Source: Eledone cirrhosa
Taxonomy: Eukaryota
DNA: 64,000 nt
Reading direction: 5' to 3'
NCBI GenBank assembly: GCA_964016885.1
Contig: OZ024741.1
Coordinates: 356,872,001-356,936,000, forward strand
The stretch's first letter is position 1, and each line of letters starts with the position of its first letter. Shown one piece after another: positions 1 through 10,320 of the stretch. A program made the position numbers and the translations under genes. The notes under the pieces are model-generated. The model made no database searches and was not told the DNA's origin. It saw nothing but the letters and a program-made list of their open reading frames with translations.

Positions 1-21
1 GGTGTTTGGAACATAACTTAA

Positions 22-242
22 CCCTTTAGCATTTACATTACTCTATATATACTATTATATTTTTGTGGTAAAGGCTTTACTTCACATAATTCTCTCACAT
101 AATATCGAATCTACGAGATTTTGATATTATTTATATTCAGAACAATACTGTAACATCAGTATGAGAGGCCTGTTACAGCCAGTTTGAACAGAAATAAGTG
201 AAAGAATTCTGACCAGATACAGCTGGTTTAAATGCTAAAGGG
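22..242. mobile_element. piggyBac-type MITE (TTAA target site)
   Basis: TTAA at 18-21 and 243-246 flank 14-bp terminal inverted repeats CCCTTTAGCATTTA ... TAAATGCTAAAGGG; no coding capacity. Confidence 0.8.
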
Positions 243-297
243 TTAAGAAACTTTCTTAGATAAATGGAAGGCCTTTAGATACATATAAACTCATTAA

Positions 298-550
298 CCT
301 TTTCATTACCATATTTCTAATGAAAGACACTGCCTTTGATTTTAAATAATTTTGAAAGTAGTCAATAATTTGGGAGATTTAGTAAAATAGCGAGCTTTAT
401 CACTACTATGTTGATGCTTGGAACATAACTTAACAAAGGTTCTTACATAAAATCATGATTGTTGTTTTTAGATAAATATAAACACTTTAAAATACATTAC
501 TTTGTATCATAAAAGCAGAGGTAGTTTCAGGTGGTTTGCTATCAAAAGGG
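298..550 (+). mobile_element. TTAA-flanked MITE, second family (copy A)
   Basis: TTAA-CCTTTTCATTACC ... GCTATCAAAAGGG-TTTAA imperfect termini; an inverted homologous copy lies at 1014-1247. Confidence 0.65.
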
Positions 551-585
551 TTTAAGGATTTATTGTCTTAAATGTTTTACTTTAC

Positions 586-1009
586 ATCTTTGGATATCAA
601 ACTCTCTAGTCCTCTGATACAAACCTGTTTCTAATTGACAATAAAGGATACATAGTTTATGGGAGCATTAAATTTCTGATAAAGTCACTACTTTTCTACT
701 ATTATATAACCACCTTTCATCTTTACACAGTCAATAAAATAAAGTACCAGTAATGAACTAGGATAATTGCTGGCCTTGTGCCAAAAGTAGAAACAACTAT
801 TATATAACCACAAAGAGAAGTTGTAATTTAACATTTGTTTTCTTTTTTAAAATACTTCATTATATTTTTATCTAAGAACCTTTATGTTATGTTATGCTTG
901 AAACACCAGCAATGAGAAAGTTATATTATTAAATCCATTCAAATTCTTGATTATTTTTAGAATTATTTGAAAATCATTGTCTTTTTGGGGTAACATGATA
1001 ACAAAAGGG
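586..1009 (-). mobile_element. Degenerate copy of the second MITE family, interrupted by a SINE
   Basis: 870-1009 is reverse-complement similar to 298-450 and ends AAAAGGG-TTAA; left boundary approximate. Confidence 0.45.
714..795 (+). mobile_element. 5'-truncated tRNA-derived SINE
   Basis: Matches the 3' half of the SINE at 1982-2167; flanked by the 16-bp direct repeat ACTATTATATAACCAC (698-713, 796-811), a TSD. Confidence 0.8.
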
Positions 1010-1013
1010 TTAA

Positions 1014-1247
1014 TCTTTTGATACCACACCACCTGACCCCACCTCCTGGTTATATGATATATAGCTGTTTATTTTTAAAACCTTCTATCATAATTTTATG
1101 TAAGTACCTCTGCGAAATTATGTTCCAAAAACCAACTTAATAATGAGACAGCTATATTACTAAAATCCTTCCAAATTCTTGATTATTTTCAAAATTATTT
1201 GAAAATCATAGGCAGTGTCTTTCATTAGAAATATAATTTTGAAAGAG
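1014..1247 (-). mobile_element. TTAA-flanked MITE, second family (copy C, inverted relative to 298-550)
   Basis: GGCAGTGTCTTTCATTAGAAATAT (1211-1234) is the reverse complement of 311-334; TTAA at both ends. Confidence 0.7.
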
Positions 1248-1981
1248 TTAATGTTGACTGTATAAATATTTAAATGAACAGCAAATAATTGATGCAGATG
1301 AACTCTACATGTTGATAGATATGTCATATGATATCAAACTTGTAGCTAAATAGATAAAAATAAAGTCAAGAACCTGCAAAATACCAAGTTGAATTGATGA
1401 CATTTTAAACAATACAGATATCTTAACGAAAAGGTTTTTATGAATGATTATCTCTCTGTTGCTTTTCATTTTATTCATTATAATAGTAACGTCAATGGTT
1501 TTCAGATTTGTGGAGAATTTTTCCAATATAGCTTTGGTGTTTCTTCATTTGTCAAGTAGTTACAAGAATCAGAATTGATGCCACTAGTGGATTGTAATTT
1601 CAGATATCAATTATATAATTGAAACAAAGTTTTTGAAATTAATATTCAGATTGCAAACAAAACAGAAAGAGAGACAGTGACAAAGAATAGTTTTTCAATA
1701 TATGTGGAGTTAGTTATTTTTATTTATTTATTTGGAAAAGCACAATTTGCATAAATTATTCATACTGTATTAACTTGATGTAAAATCCCCTATTTTACAT
1801 CTGAGAAATAGGCAAAAATCCAAACCCTGTTTATAAGCTGAGGCAAGTAATCAACACATTATGTTTAGATGGTGCAATTTTGAAATTCCCTTGAAGTTTT
1901 AATATTTTGATATTTAAAATGTTTTAAGTGCCATTTAGAGTATAGCTTTTGTTTCACAACTCCATTATGTATTGATTTTTT

Positions 1982-2167
1982 AGGGCTGTGGATTGGCAGC
2001 ATCGGTAGAGGGTCGGACGCCATGCTTTCCAGCATAGTTACGTCCCTTTACGATCTGAGTTCAAATCCCGCCGAGGTTGACTTTGCCTTTCATCCTTACG
2101 GGGTCGATAAAATAAAGTACCAGTAATGCACTGGGTAATTGCTGGCCTTGTGCCTAAAGTAGAAACA
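1982..2167 (+). mobile_element. Full-length tRNA-derived SINE
   Basis: Pol III A-box-like TGGCAGCATCGG (1994-2005) and B box GTTCAAATCC (2059-2068); 18-bp TSD ATTATGTATTGATTTTTT at 1964-1981 and 2168-2185. Confidence 0.88.
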
Positions 2168-2457
2168 ATTATGTATTGATTTTTTTTTTTTTTTAAACCA
2201 ATTTCTAACCATTTTGAAGGCCATATTCATTCAAAACATCAAAAACAATAGAAATTACAAATTTCATGTCAAAAGTGAAGCCTGTGTGATATTCACCTCC
2301 AAAACAACAGTATTTTAGGATCTCATTTACATAGAATTTTGAAGTTGGTAAAAAAAAAAATTGGCAAAATATTGATCTAAAATATAAGCTGATTTCACCC
2401 CTCCCCATCACCATAGATTTTTTTTTTAAATCATATTTTTCGATTTATATACAAGTA

Positions 2458-2951
2458 TCTTAACTATAATTAATAAAGGAAGGTCTGCAGGATTGCGTCC
2501 AGAATATATTTTTTTACCCCGTTTGTAAAATAAGTTGGATTACTTTGAATAAATAATGAATGAATATTACATAATTTATGTGCTAAATTTCGTGGCTGTT
2601 GATTAAATATATTTTATAGCTTAATCTTTAAAATTCACTTCTTTAAAATTATCAAATATCAACACTTCCGGTTAGCAGCCGTTATATTATAACACTTATA
2701 ATCGCATATATTTCCATTGCTAATTTTCTCCTAATGCAGTTTATATATAATGTCGTCTTTTTTTTAATATATCATGGATTACTGATTACAGAAGACAGTG
2801 TAACATAGGCTTTGTTCAATTTCTGTGTATATTGTCAATTACGATTTTATTTGATGTATCATATTTACATGCATATATATTTGCGTATAATATCAATATA
2901 CACACCACACATGCCAGCAGAAAACCACCCGTAGGGTGGTTTTTCTGCTAG
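2458..2951 (+). mobile_element. Non-autonomous Helitron
   Basis: 5' end A|TCTTAACTATAATTAATAAAG; subterminal hairpin AAAACCACCC-GTA-GGGTGGTTTT followed by CTAG|T; A|T insertion site without TSD. Confidence 0.75.
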
Positions 2952-3169
2952 TATACGGTAATTCAGTTAAACCAGGATGTATTCCATGACCATAAACTAA
3001 AAAGCTCCTGCCTGAAACAAAATGTTATGGTGCAGTACAACTTGTTTATAATACAATCTCACCCTAATGTGCAAAATTGTATTTCTAGGGGGTGGCTGAA
3101 GAGAAGAATAGATGCTTATATTTGTTTGTCATTTATATCTGTTTGATAATATATGTATATGGTAGTGTT

Positions 3170-3365
3170 GGTGCCACAAAAATGGACCCCACACACTCTG
3201 TAAAGCAGTTAGCATGTTAGGAAAGATATGCAGTTGTAGAAAACATGCCAAAATAGAATGTATGAACAAGATATAGTCTTCTGACTCATCTAGTCTTAGA
3301 TAGTGACAATCTGCCCAATCCGTGCCAGCATGGAAAACAGACGTAGAATGATGGTGATGATGATG
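3170..3365 (+). mobile_element. 3' part of RTE-tailed SINE
   Basis: GTGCCAC...CACTCTGTAAAG body like 10960-11030; tail GCATGGAAAACAGACGT followed by (GAT)n. Confidence 0.65.
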
Positions 3366-4049
3366 TGTGTAATCCAACAAGTCATGTCAATAGTCTAGCT
3401 TTTAATCATCTGTGTTCATTATGGTAATTTTCTTTATCATCAGCTTTTATGATTGCATGGTCGAGAGGAGTCTACTTAACAATAGCTAAAAATATAAACC
3501 AACGTAATATTATTGATATCAATGTGGAGTTATGAATACAATAGTGTTATAGATGAGTTATACTGGAACACCAGTTTTATGGTCGGATGCCTTTCTTTAT
3601 GCTGACAATAATTTGCAGACAGATATATAGAAATGCATATCAATGAACATGTAGATTAAGAGCATTAAACCTTAACCACATTTATCCACAAAAAAAAAAA
3701 AAAAATATATATATTTCTAAAGGTTTATTATATCATTGACATATTGTTCCCACCTTCCCTCCCTCTTTGGCTAATTTGCTAAAAAAATAAGATAAAAAAC
3801 ACTTTATTCAATTGCTCATAACAGCAAATCATTTTCGCATTGATGAACTGATGACAGTAATGGTTATATATATGATCTGACTCTTGCTAGCAGGGAAAAA
3901 GATGTCAAATGATATGTGTGTGTGTGTGTCTGTCTGTGTGTGTATTTATATGTGTAGTTGAAAAAGGGGATAAAGTTTCATACAAATGAAAAGTTACAGG
4001 TAAAAAGCACAGAGGGTATTTAAAGATTATTTTTCCTTTAATCCACCAG

Positions 4050-4108
4050 ATTGAATTATTTTATAATTGTTACATGTTACATTGAATTATTTTATAATTG
4101 TTACATGT
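4050..4108. repeat. 31-bp tandem duplication
   Basis: ATTGAATTATTTTATAATTGTTACATGT occurs at 4050 and 4081. Confidence 0.85.
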
Positions 4109-4162
4109 GGATTTAAATTTTGTCAAATATTACTGGTTTTAATTAGTATATGAATCTTATCA

Positions 4163-4263
4163 AATATTAAAAGAAATTTGTTCTCATCTTCTGTGAGCAG
4201 TTAGAAGAGTTAGATATATAATCTAACTGCTCACAGAATATGAGAACAAGCTTTTTTAATATT
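4163..4263. repeat. ~100-bp imperfect palindrome (~42-bp arms)
   Basis: TTGTTCTCATCTTCTGTGAGCAGTTAGA pairs with TCTAACTGCTCACAGAATATGAGAACAA. Confidence 0.8.
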
Positions 4264-5064
4264 AGCATATCTCATGAGAAAATTGAGAATATTCTGCACA
4301 ATTGGCATGTTGAAGCGTTCTGTTCAGTGGGTACCACGTCATCTCACATCTGATGAAGAGTGCATCAGGCTGATCATATCAAGGGAAAATCTGGCATTGT
4401 TTGAGGCAGATCCAGCTCTTTTCCTTAAATGTTTCCTAACCTAGAATGAGTGTTGGCTGCATCACTTTGAGCCAAAGACAAAGAGACAATCTATGCACTG
4501 GAAACACCCTGCTTCACCTGCTCCAAAGAAGGCCAAGCTCGTTTCATCTGCAGGGAAGGTGATGGCCTCAGCTTTTAGGGATGCAAAAGGCAGCGTGTTT
4601 ATTGATTCTCGTCAAAAGGGCCACATCATCAATGGAGAGTACTATGCTAACTTACTGAGGTAGTTCGAAAAGCTATCAAGACCGAATGCTCACTGACAAA
4701 GGGGGTCTTGTTTCATCTAGACAATGCCTTGGTTTCAACGACTGTTGTGCATGGCTGTTTATTTGAACTGTTGATCACCCTCCCTATTCTTCTGATTTGG
4801 CCCCATCTCACAATCATCTGTTCCCCAGCATGAAAAGACACTTGTCTGAGAACCAATATCGCAGTGATGATGACATCATATCTGTTGTTGATGACTTTTT
4901 TACCAATAGGATGAAAGCTTCTTCACCAATGGAATCCAAGCACTTCAACATCAATGGAAGAAGTGTGTGGACTGCAAGGGGGACTATATTGAAAAATAAA
5001 CCTCATTTGGTTACATTCCATGAGAGAATCTTGGTCACCCTATGAACTTTTCAGCAGACCCTTG
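4264..5064 (+). mobile_element. Decayed mariner (DD34D-type) transposon, 5'-truncated
   Basis: Broken translation retains WVPRHLT, W(L)HHFEPKTKRQSMHW, SAGKVMAS, INGEYYANLL, FHLDNA and HPPYSSDLAPS..LFPSMK motifs with stops and frameshifts; ends ...TTTTCAGCAGACCCTTG|TA. Confidence 0.9.
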
Positions 5065-5085
5065 TATGTATGTGTGTGTGTGTGT

Positions 5086-5265
5086 GCTGGTATGGGTTGG
5101 ACAGGTCACTACAGACCAAGTTATTTAATCAGAGTTGCTGACTTCCAAGATGGCTCAGAAGACAACATTCCAGCGTTGACATGGTTTCTACAGCTGGATG
5201 CTCTTCCTAGCACCAACTATTTTACAGAGTGTACTAGGTGTATTTTATTGTTTCACCAACACTGG
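5086..5265 (-). mobile_element. Fragment of RTE-tailed SINE
   Basis: TTTCTACAGCTGGATGCTCTTCCTAGCACCAAC matches copies at ~6655-6690 and ~11350-11385. Confidence 0.6.
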
Positions 5266-5858
5266 AGAGTTTATCATGTCCTTGGTGTGAATAAAGCAAC
5301 CTCCTCAACTCCTTTTCTGACAATATTTTTCAGTAAACCTGTTTGATTGGTCTGCTGTACCAATAAATTTAAATGGGGAAAAGGAAAGGAGAAACAGGGT
5401 GAAAAAAGAATAGAAAGATGATACTGGTATGGGAGAATGGCTGTAGGGTATAATTTTGAAGTAAAACAATTGTCTAGTTTGAGTCTGAATTAATCTGGAT
5501 TATTCGAGACTCGAATGTGATATCTACATATTAGTAAACAGGATGAAGTCGGATACACTGGCACATGCATGCACATACACAATCAGACACAAACATATAC
5601 ACATCATTTTCATTGTTACCAGAATCAAACAATTTATATCTTTATTGTACTGTTTAATGGTTTAACTCTTTCATAACTGTATTTGTATTTATAATGAAAT
5701 ACATACTATTTCAATGAACACTAAAATTATTCATTATTTCATTACTAAGATAGTAACATATGGTACTTATATAAAATTAATGTGCCCAGGCCATCAATAA
5801 TAACTTCAATAGCATTAGCATATTTAATTTGAGATTGTTAGGCCTTATATACCAAGAT

Positions 5859-5870
5859 TATATATATACA

Positions 5871-5918
<48 letters not shown>
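5859..5918. repeat. (TA)n microsatellite
   Basis: Direct reading. Confidence 0.95.
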
Positions 5919-5920
<2 letters not shown>

Positions 5921-6016
5921 AGGTGCCCCCAAAAATGTATACACACTTCAACAGCATTCTAATAGATATTGTCCGTACAAGGTATTAATGTGTGTATACA
6001 TTTTTGGGACACCCTG
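5919..6016. mobile_element. 98-bp Tc1/mariner-type MITE
   Basis: TA|CAAGGTGCCCCCAAAAATGTATACACA ... TGTGTATACATTTTTGGGACACCCTG|TA; ~27-bp imperfect TIRs with TA TSD. Confidence 0.85.
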
Positions 6017-6048
6017 TATGTGTGTGTATGTATATATATATATATATA

Positions 6049-6218
6049 ATGTAGATCCCAAATTAAATCGGGGTTAACCACAGTAAATAAGGTACTCAGT
6101 ACATTACTAGAGAGAAATGGCTTCTACAGGACTAGAACTGTTCCATTCATATAGAATAATCAGGAATATCCTGATGATTCCATAGAAATGAAGCAGTTCT
6201 ACTCCTGTAGAAGCCATT
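6049..6218 (-). mobile_element. Palindromic insert with tail next to (TA)n; probable Penelope-like element terminus
   Basis: ~50-bp inverted arms at 6116-6218 containing a CTGATGA...GAA(G)C hammerhead-like remnant; tail with GGTACTCA abuts a TA microsatellite. Confidence 0.5.
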
Positions 6219-6449
6219 CCAATCCAGCCCATACTGTAAAGTGGTTGTGATGGCGACAACAAAAAGAACCATACCCTCACTGTAAAATGGTTGTATAGGT
6301 GTCATGACAGTTTATCTCTTGGATCAAAAAGTATAGTAATAAAATGTTTGTAATTTAAATCTAGCACGTTCATCTTTCGTGAGATGCAAAAATACGTATC
6401 GAGAACTTCCAGTTTGACTACTCTTTTAATAACAACTAAATTTGTATCT

Positions 6450-6557
6450 TGGTAAATCTCATGAAAGAGGTCACGGGTTCTGCTTGAGAACTGACTGCTG
6501 TATGTTGACATGTCCAACCCTTGCTGGCAGGGAAAACGGATGTTAAACGATAATGAT
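6450..6557 (+). mobile_element. Degenerate RTE-type 3' tail
   Basis: CCCTTGCTGGCAGGGAAAACGGATGTTAAACGATAATGAT resembles the reverse complement of 10321-10370; left boundary approximate. Confidence 0.55.
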
Positions 6558-6587
6558 TATATATATGATAGGAAACACATAGTATGC

Positions 6588-6920
6588 ATCATCATCATTT
6601 TACGTCCACTTTTCCCTGCTTGCAAGGGTGGGATGGGAACTGATTTTGGCTTGATTTCTACAGCTGGATGCCCTTCCTAACACCAACCTCATTTACAGTG
6701 AGTGCTGGGTGCTTTTTGTCGTGGCACCTACACGACCATTTTGCAGTGGAATGATAGGGACCCCAGTCCCTATCATCTCATTTCTACAGCTGAGTAAACT
6801 GGAGCAATGTGAAATAAAGTGTCTTGCTCAAGGAAACAACACATCACTCGGTCTGAGAATTGAACTCACAACCTTTCGATTGCAAGCCCAATGCTCTAAC
6901 CACTAAGCCATGTGCCTCCA
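6588..6920 (-). mobile_element. tRNA-headed CORE-like SINE with RTE 3' tail
   Basis: Minus strand: TGGCTTAGTGG A box, GAGTTCAATTC B box, CCTTGAGCAAGACACTT CORE-like block and (GAT)n tail; head near-identical to 11450-11610. Confidence 0.85.
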
Positions 6921-7423
6921 CTATGTATGTGTGTGTAATTTGGAAAGAATTACAGAGATGTATATAAATATACAAAAACACATGGATGATTTTAATTTAA
7001 ATAGGAACCCCTTTAAAATGGGTGGTTTTGTTTCATAGAACCAGAACTGCTTTTTGGACAGTTTAGTATCAAGAGAGTTAAGCAGGTAGACAAAATAATT
7101 CCTTTTCAATAAAGACTGATAGGAAAGCCAAGTATTTTGTTATGCCTTTGAACACACTGTCACCCATCTTGTGGATTGTCTCTCTGTTGACCACTGGCTG
7201 CTGGTCTCTGTCATCTGAGGCATTTTTGCCCATCACTGTCTTTGACAACATTTAGCTGTTTTAACGGTTGTTCTAGCGATGAGTTTTCTCATTTTTATAT
7301 GTATTCAAATACACTCTCACTTCGTCTTGATCAGAGACATCACTGTCTTTTCATTATATATGTGTGTGTCTGTGTCTGTGTGTATATATATATATATATA
7401 CATACACACACACATATATACAA

Positions 7424-7560
7424 TGGGATTCTACAGAGTTGTCATCTACCAAATTCCACTCACAAGATATTGGTCAACAACTTGCCCAAAGTACTGCAAA
7501 GTGGGATTGAACCTAAAAGCATATAGTTATGGAGTGAAGTTGTTAACCACATTTAAGCTA
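7424..7560 (-). mobile_element. Decayed tRNA/CORE-like SINE fragment
   Basis: ACTTGCCCAA (CORE-like) and GGGATTGAACC (B box, reverse strand). Confidence 0.55.
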
Positions 7561-7766
7561 CCAGAGGTCATTAAATGAGTGATCAAATTTCTAACATTAA
7601 ACACATTTCTTTATAGTCAGTCATGTACTATATAATCTACACTAATACCAGATGATCCTATATTCTCCTTACTCTTAATCTTAAATTCTAATTTATATTG
7701 CTAATTAATTACTGTAATCATATACCAATTGTTTGTGTGTTTTTAATACGTTGTTTCTACTAGCTT

Positions 7767-7965
7767 GTGAAGACATGCAGCCTAATAGAGTGTTGGGCTC
7801 ATGTTAAGGTTACAGGTATCTTTCGTGAAGCGGTTAGGACACTGTGTCCTTGAGCAAGACACTTCATTTTTGTGTTGTGCAAGAACATTCAGCTAGAAAA
7901 AAAATTAGTACCAGCAATTGGGGGCAGGGAAAGCTGCATTGGACTGGCATCTCATCCAGGCAGTG
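7767..7965 (+). mobile_element. Decayed CORE-like SINE
   Basis: GTGTCCTTGAGCAAGACACTT block followed by GCATTGGACTGGCATCTCATCCAGG. Confidence 0.55.
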
Positions 7966-8139
7966 GGAGAAGGAGGTGGTGGAAGTATTGCCTCCTTCCA
8001 CATTACCCAGGTAGTGAGGAGAGGTAGCATTGGTATTACCCCCTTTCACACCTTTGCTACACATTGAACTTTACCTTGCAGTTCTGTTCAAAACATCTGA
8101 GAACGACTTAATTTATACGTGATTCTTAGTATATTATAA

Positions 8140-8300
8140 TGGTTTCTGATATAGGCACAAGGCCAGCAATTTGGGGGAGGGGAAATTTGATCAACCTCAG
8201 TGCATTACTGGTACTTTATTTTATCAACCCTGTAAGGATAAAAGGTAAAGCTAGCCTCAACAGGATTTGAACTCAGAAGACAAAGGGCCTTAACTCTACG
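8140..8300 (-). mobile_element. tRNA-derived SINE (same family as 1982-2167)
   Basis: GGCACAAGGCCAGCAATT...ACTGGTACTTTATTTTATC...GGATTTGAACTCAG is the reverse complement of the 1982-2167 element. Confidence 0.8.
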
Positions 8301-8534
8301 CTGGCAAAACTGGTGGGCTTCATTACTATATTCTGCTTAACAGCAATGAAACTGGAATAAGCTTTGGGTGTTTTACTTTTTCTTATTTGAATTTTCCAAA
8401 CTATTGACTCTTGTTTTTGTGTTTCTAATTGTTCTGTTTTATCAAAAATACTAAAGTCTATAATTGTGATGTGAAAAACTGAAACTACTCAATTGATGAT
8501 ACTGGATCTTTCATCACATTCAATCATTTTTAGG

Positions 8535-8537
<3 letters not shown>

Positions 8538-8616
<79 letters not shown>
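8538..8616. repeat. Compound (CT)n(TA)n microsatellite
   Basis: Direct reading. Confidence 0.95.
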
Positions 8617-8618
<2 letters not shown>

Positions 8619-9490
8619 GGGTGTGGACGATATTTGTTCGCAAGATTACTGTCTAGGAAAAAATAACACAGTTTTATTTTTTAAGATTTATTTATCAAAC
8701 TTGGGTCAGTTTGTCTTCATGACTTGTTCTTTCGATCTCACTTGATAAACCCGCCATTGGCTTTGAAGACGGCCTCAGGCGGCCTCAGAACCGGCTACAG
8801 GCCTTCGTCACTGTCCCCCAACTTAGGCCCTAAAGGCACTTGTGATCCTGGCCTTCAGATCGTCTTTCGTATTGCAGCTAGATCTGTTGGTGTCTCGTTC
8901 CACTGCGCCCCACACAAAGAAGTCGAGGGGGTTGCAGTCAGGCGAGCTGGGAGGCCAGATGTCAGGTGAAGTGTGGTCGATGAAGTTCTCTGACAGCCAG
9001 GCTTGGGTCTTTCGGCTGGTGTGGCAGGGCGCTGAGCCTTGCTGCCACACGTACGGCCTACCTGCAGCTACCTGGTCGATCAAGGGCTTTACTACCTCGC
9101 TCAGAATGTAGCCATCGGTGTTCAGCTTGAGGCCCTCAGGGAAGAAGTGAGGTGGCATGATGTCACCTTGACTGCTGACAACACCTAAGACCAATGTTGT
9201 CGCTGGAAACTTTATCTGCATGACACTGGGCACGTCTTTGGATGAGACAGCGAGCCACCTGTTGTTCTGGGAGTTGATCTTCTGGTCTTATTTGTCCTCC
9301 CGGCGCGGATTCCAAGAAGAACTCTGTGTCTCTTCCACAAATTTGGAGGTTCAAAATTATTCATAATCAATTATTCTGAAAATAAATAATGGAAATATAG
9401 TCACTGTTAGACAAGAGTGACAACGGAAGTAAAAAAAATTTGCATAAAATTAGCAGTTGAAAATTGCGAACAAATATCGTCCGCACCCTG
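8617..9490 (-). mobile_element. Internally deleted DD37D (maT) Tc1/mariner-superfamily transposon
   Basis: 27-bp TIRs (C/T)AGGGTG(C/T)GGACGATATTTGTTCGCAA with TA flanks; ORF 8823-9233 has WQQ[G]SAPCH...WPPSSPDCNPLDFFVWG with 37 residues between the mutated second Asp position and the third Asp; N-terminal region missing. Confidence 0.9.
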
Positions 9491-9503
9491 TATATATATA
9501 TAT

Positions 9504-9708
9504 AGAAACAAAGAAGGTGTGGTAAGATACTAGGTGGACCATAACGCACCAGGGTACTCAATACTTAGGGTAGTAGTGTGGGTAATGGGAAAAGAGTCAG
9601 GACCCCGAAGGCTGAGCTTCAGCCGTTTTGATAGCTAGATCTGAACTGAGTTTGGGTCTAGCTGTCAAAACGGCCGGAGCTCAGCCTTCGAGGTCCTGAC
9701 TCTTTTCC
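9504..9708 (-). mobile_element. Palindromic insert (~60-bp arms) with GGTACTCA tail between (TA)n tracts; probable Penelope-like terminus
   Basis: GGAAAAGAGTCAGGACCCCGAAGGCTGAGCT... pairs with ...AGCTCAGCCTTCGAGGTCCTGACTCTTTTCC; same layout as 6049-6218. Confidence 0.5.
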
Positions 9709-9744
9709 TATATATATAGATATATACACACATATATATATATA

Positions 9745-10040
9745 ATTCAAGAATAGACAAGCCAAACACAGTTACAAAAACACAGTTTTATTAGTTTCAT
9801 GCTTAGGAAGAAGTAAATGAAAGTTCCGATATGTTAGACATAAGTCCTTTGTCAGTATATGAGGAGTTTGGAGAGGGAGAGAAAAGGTTGGAACAATGGA
9901 TTTTGGAGGAAAAACAAAATTTTAAGTCCAGCGTGCGGAGATGGGGACCAAGGTGGGGGAGAGGTGGAGAGTCTAGGTGTGTCATGGGCACTGTTATATC
10001 TACAAATGGAGTGTATTTCCTGTGTTTGGTTGTGTATCAA
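9745..10040 (-). mobile_element. 3' fragment of a Penelope-like retroelement (decayed)
   Basis: Minus strand: frameshifted HLG..SPHAGLK, resembling the LGTLxPxGLN end of PLE GIY-YIG ORFs; then decayed hammerhead-like CTGACAAAGGACTTATGTCTAAC, AATAAA (9787-9792) and (TA)n. Confidence 0.5.
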
Positions 10041-10320
10041 TGATTGGAAGTGGCATATATATATATGTGCGTGTGTGTGATATGTGTATCTCAGTTTTTA
10101 GCATACTGTACCCATGCAAGACATAAGAGGCATTTAAAAAGAGTTGGTGTCGGGAAAAGTGGACATAAAAAAACAATAATAATGATGATGATATATGTAT
10201 ATACCTACTGAACTATCCATCTTTCCCACATTACCTACCTATATATATATACACACACACACATACTGCACTATTAACTATCTTTCCCAAATTTATAACT
10301 AGTTAGGTTATATTCCGCAA

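Noticed and set aside
1506-1577. Possible upstream FBXL5 exon (TTCAG acceptor, ICGEFSNIALVFLHLSSSYK, loosely like LLFLSLSGCYQ)
   Set aside because: It lacks the GC..ITD.GL motif and reaches a stop without a convincing phase-2 donor; no earlier FBXL5 exon was recognised in 1-12727.
2916-2949. Rho-independent terminator (hairpin plus T-run)
   Set aside because: Eukaryotic context; hairpin followed by CTAG|T with a matching 5' TC end fits a Helitron terminus better.
6850-6920. tRNA genes at the A/B-box sequences (also 1982-2070 and 11540-11610)
   Set aside because: No complete cloverleaf; each continues into a SINE body and tail, and one has a TSD.
7090-7260. Possible pogo-like transposase remnant on the minus strand
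   Set aside because: Only vague motif similarity across frameshifts; not supportable without a search.
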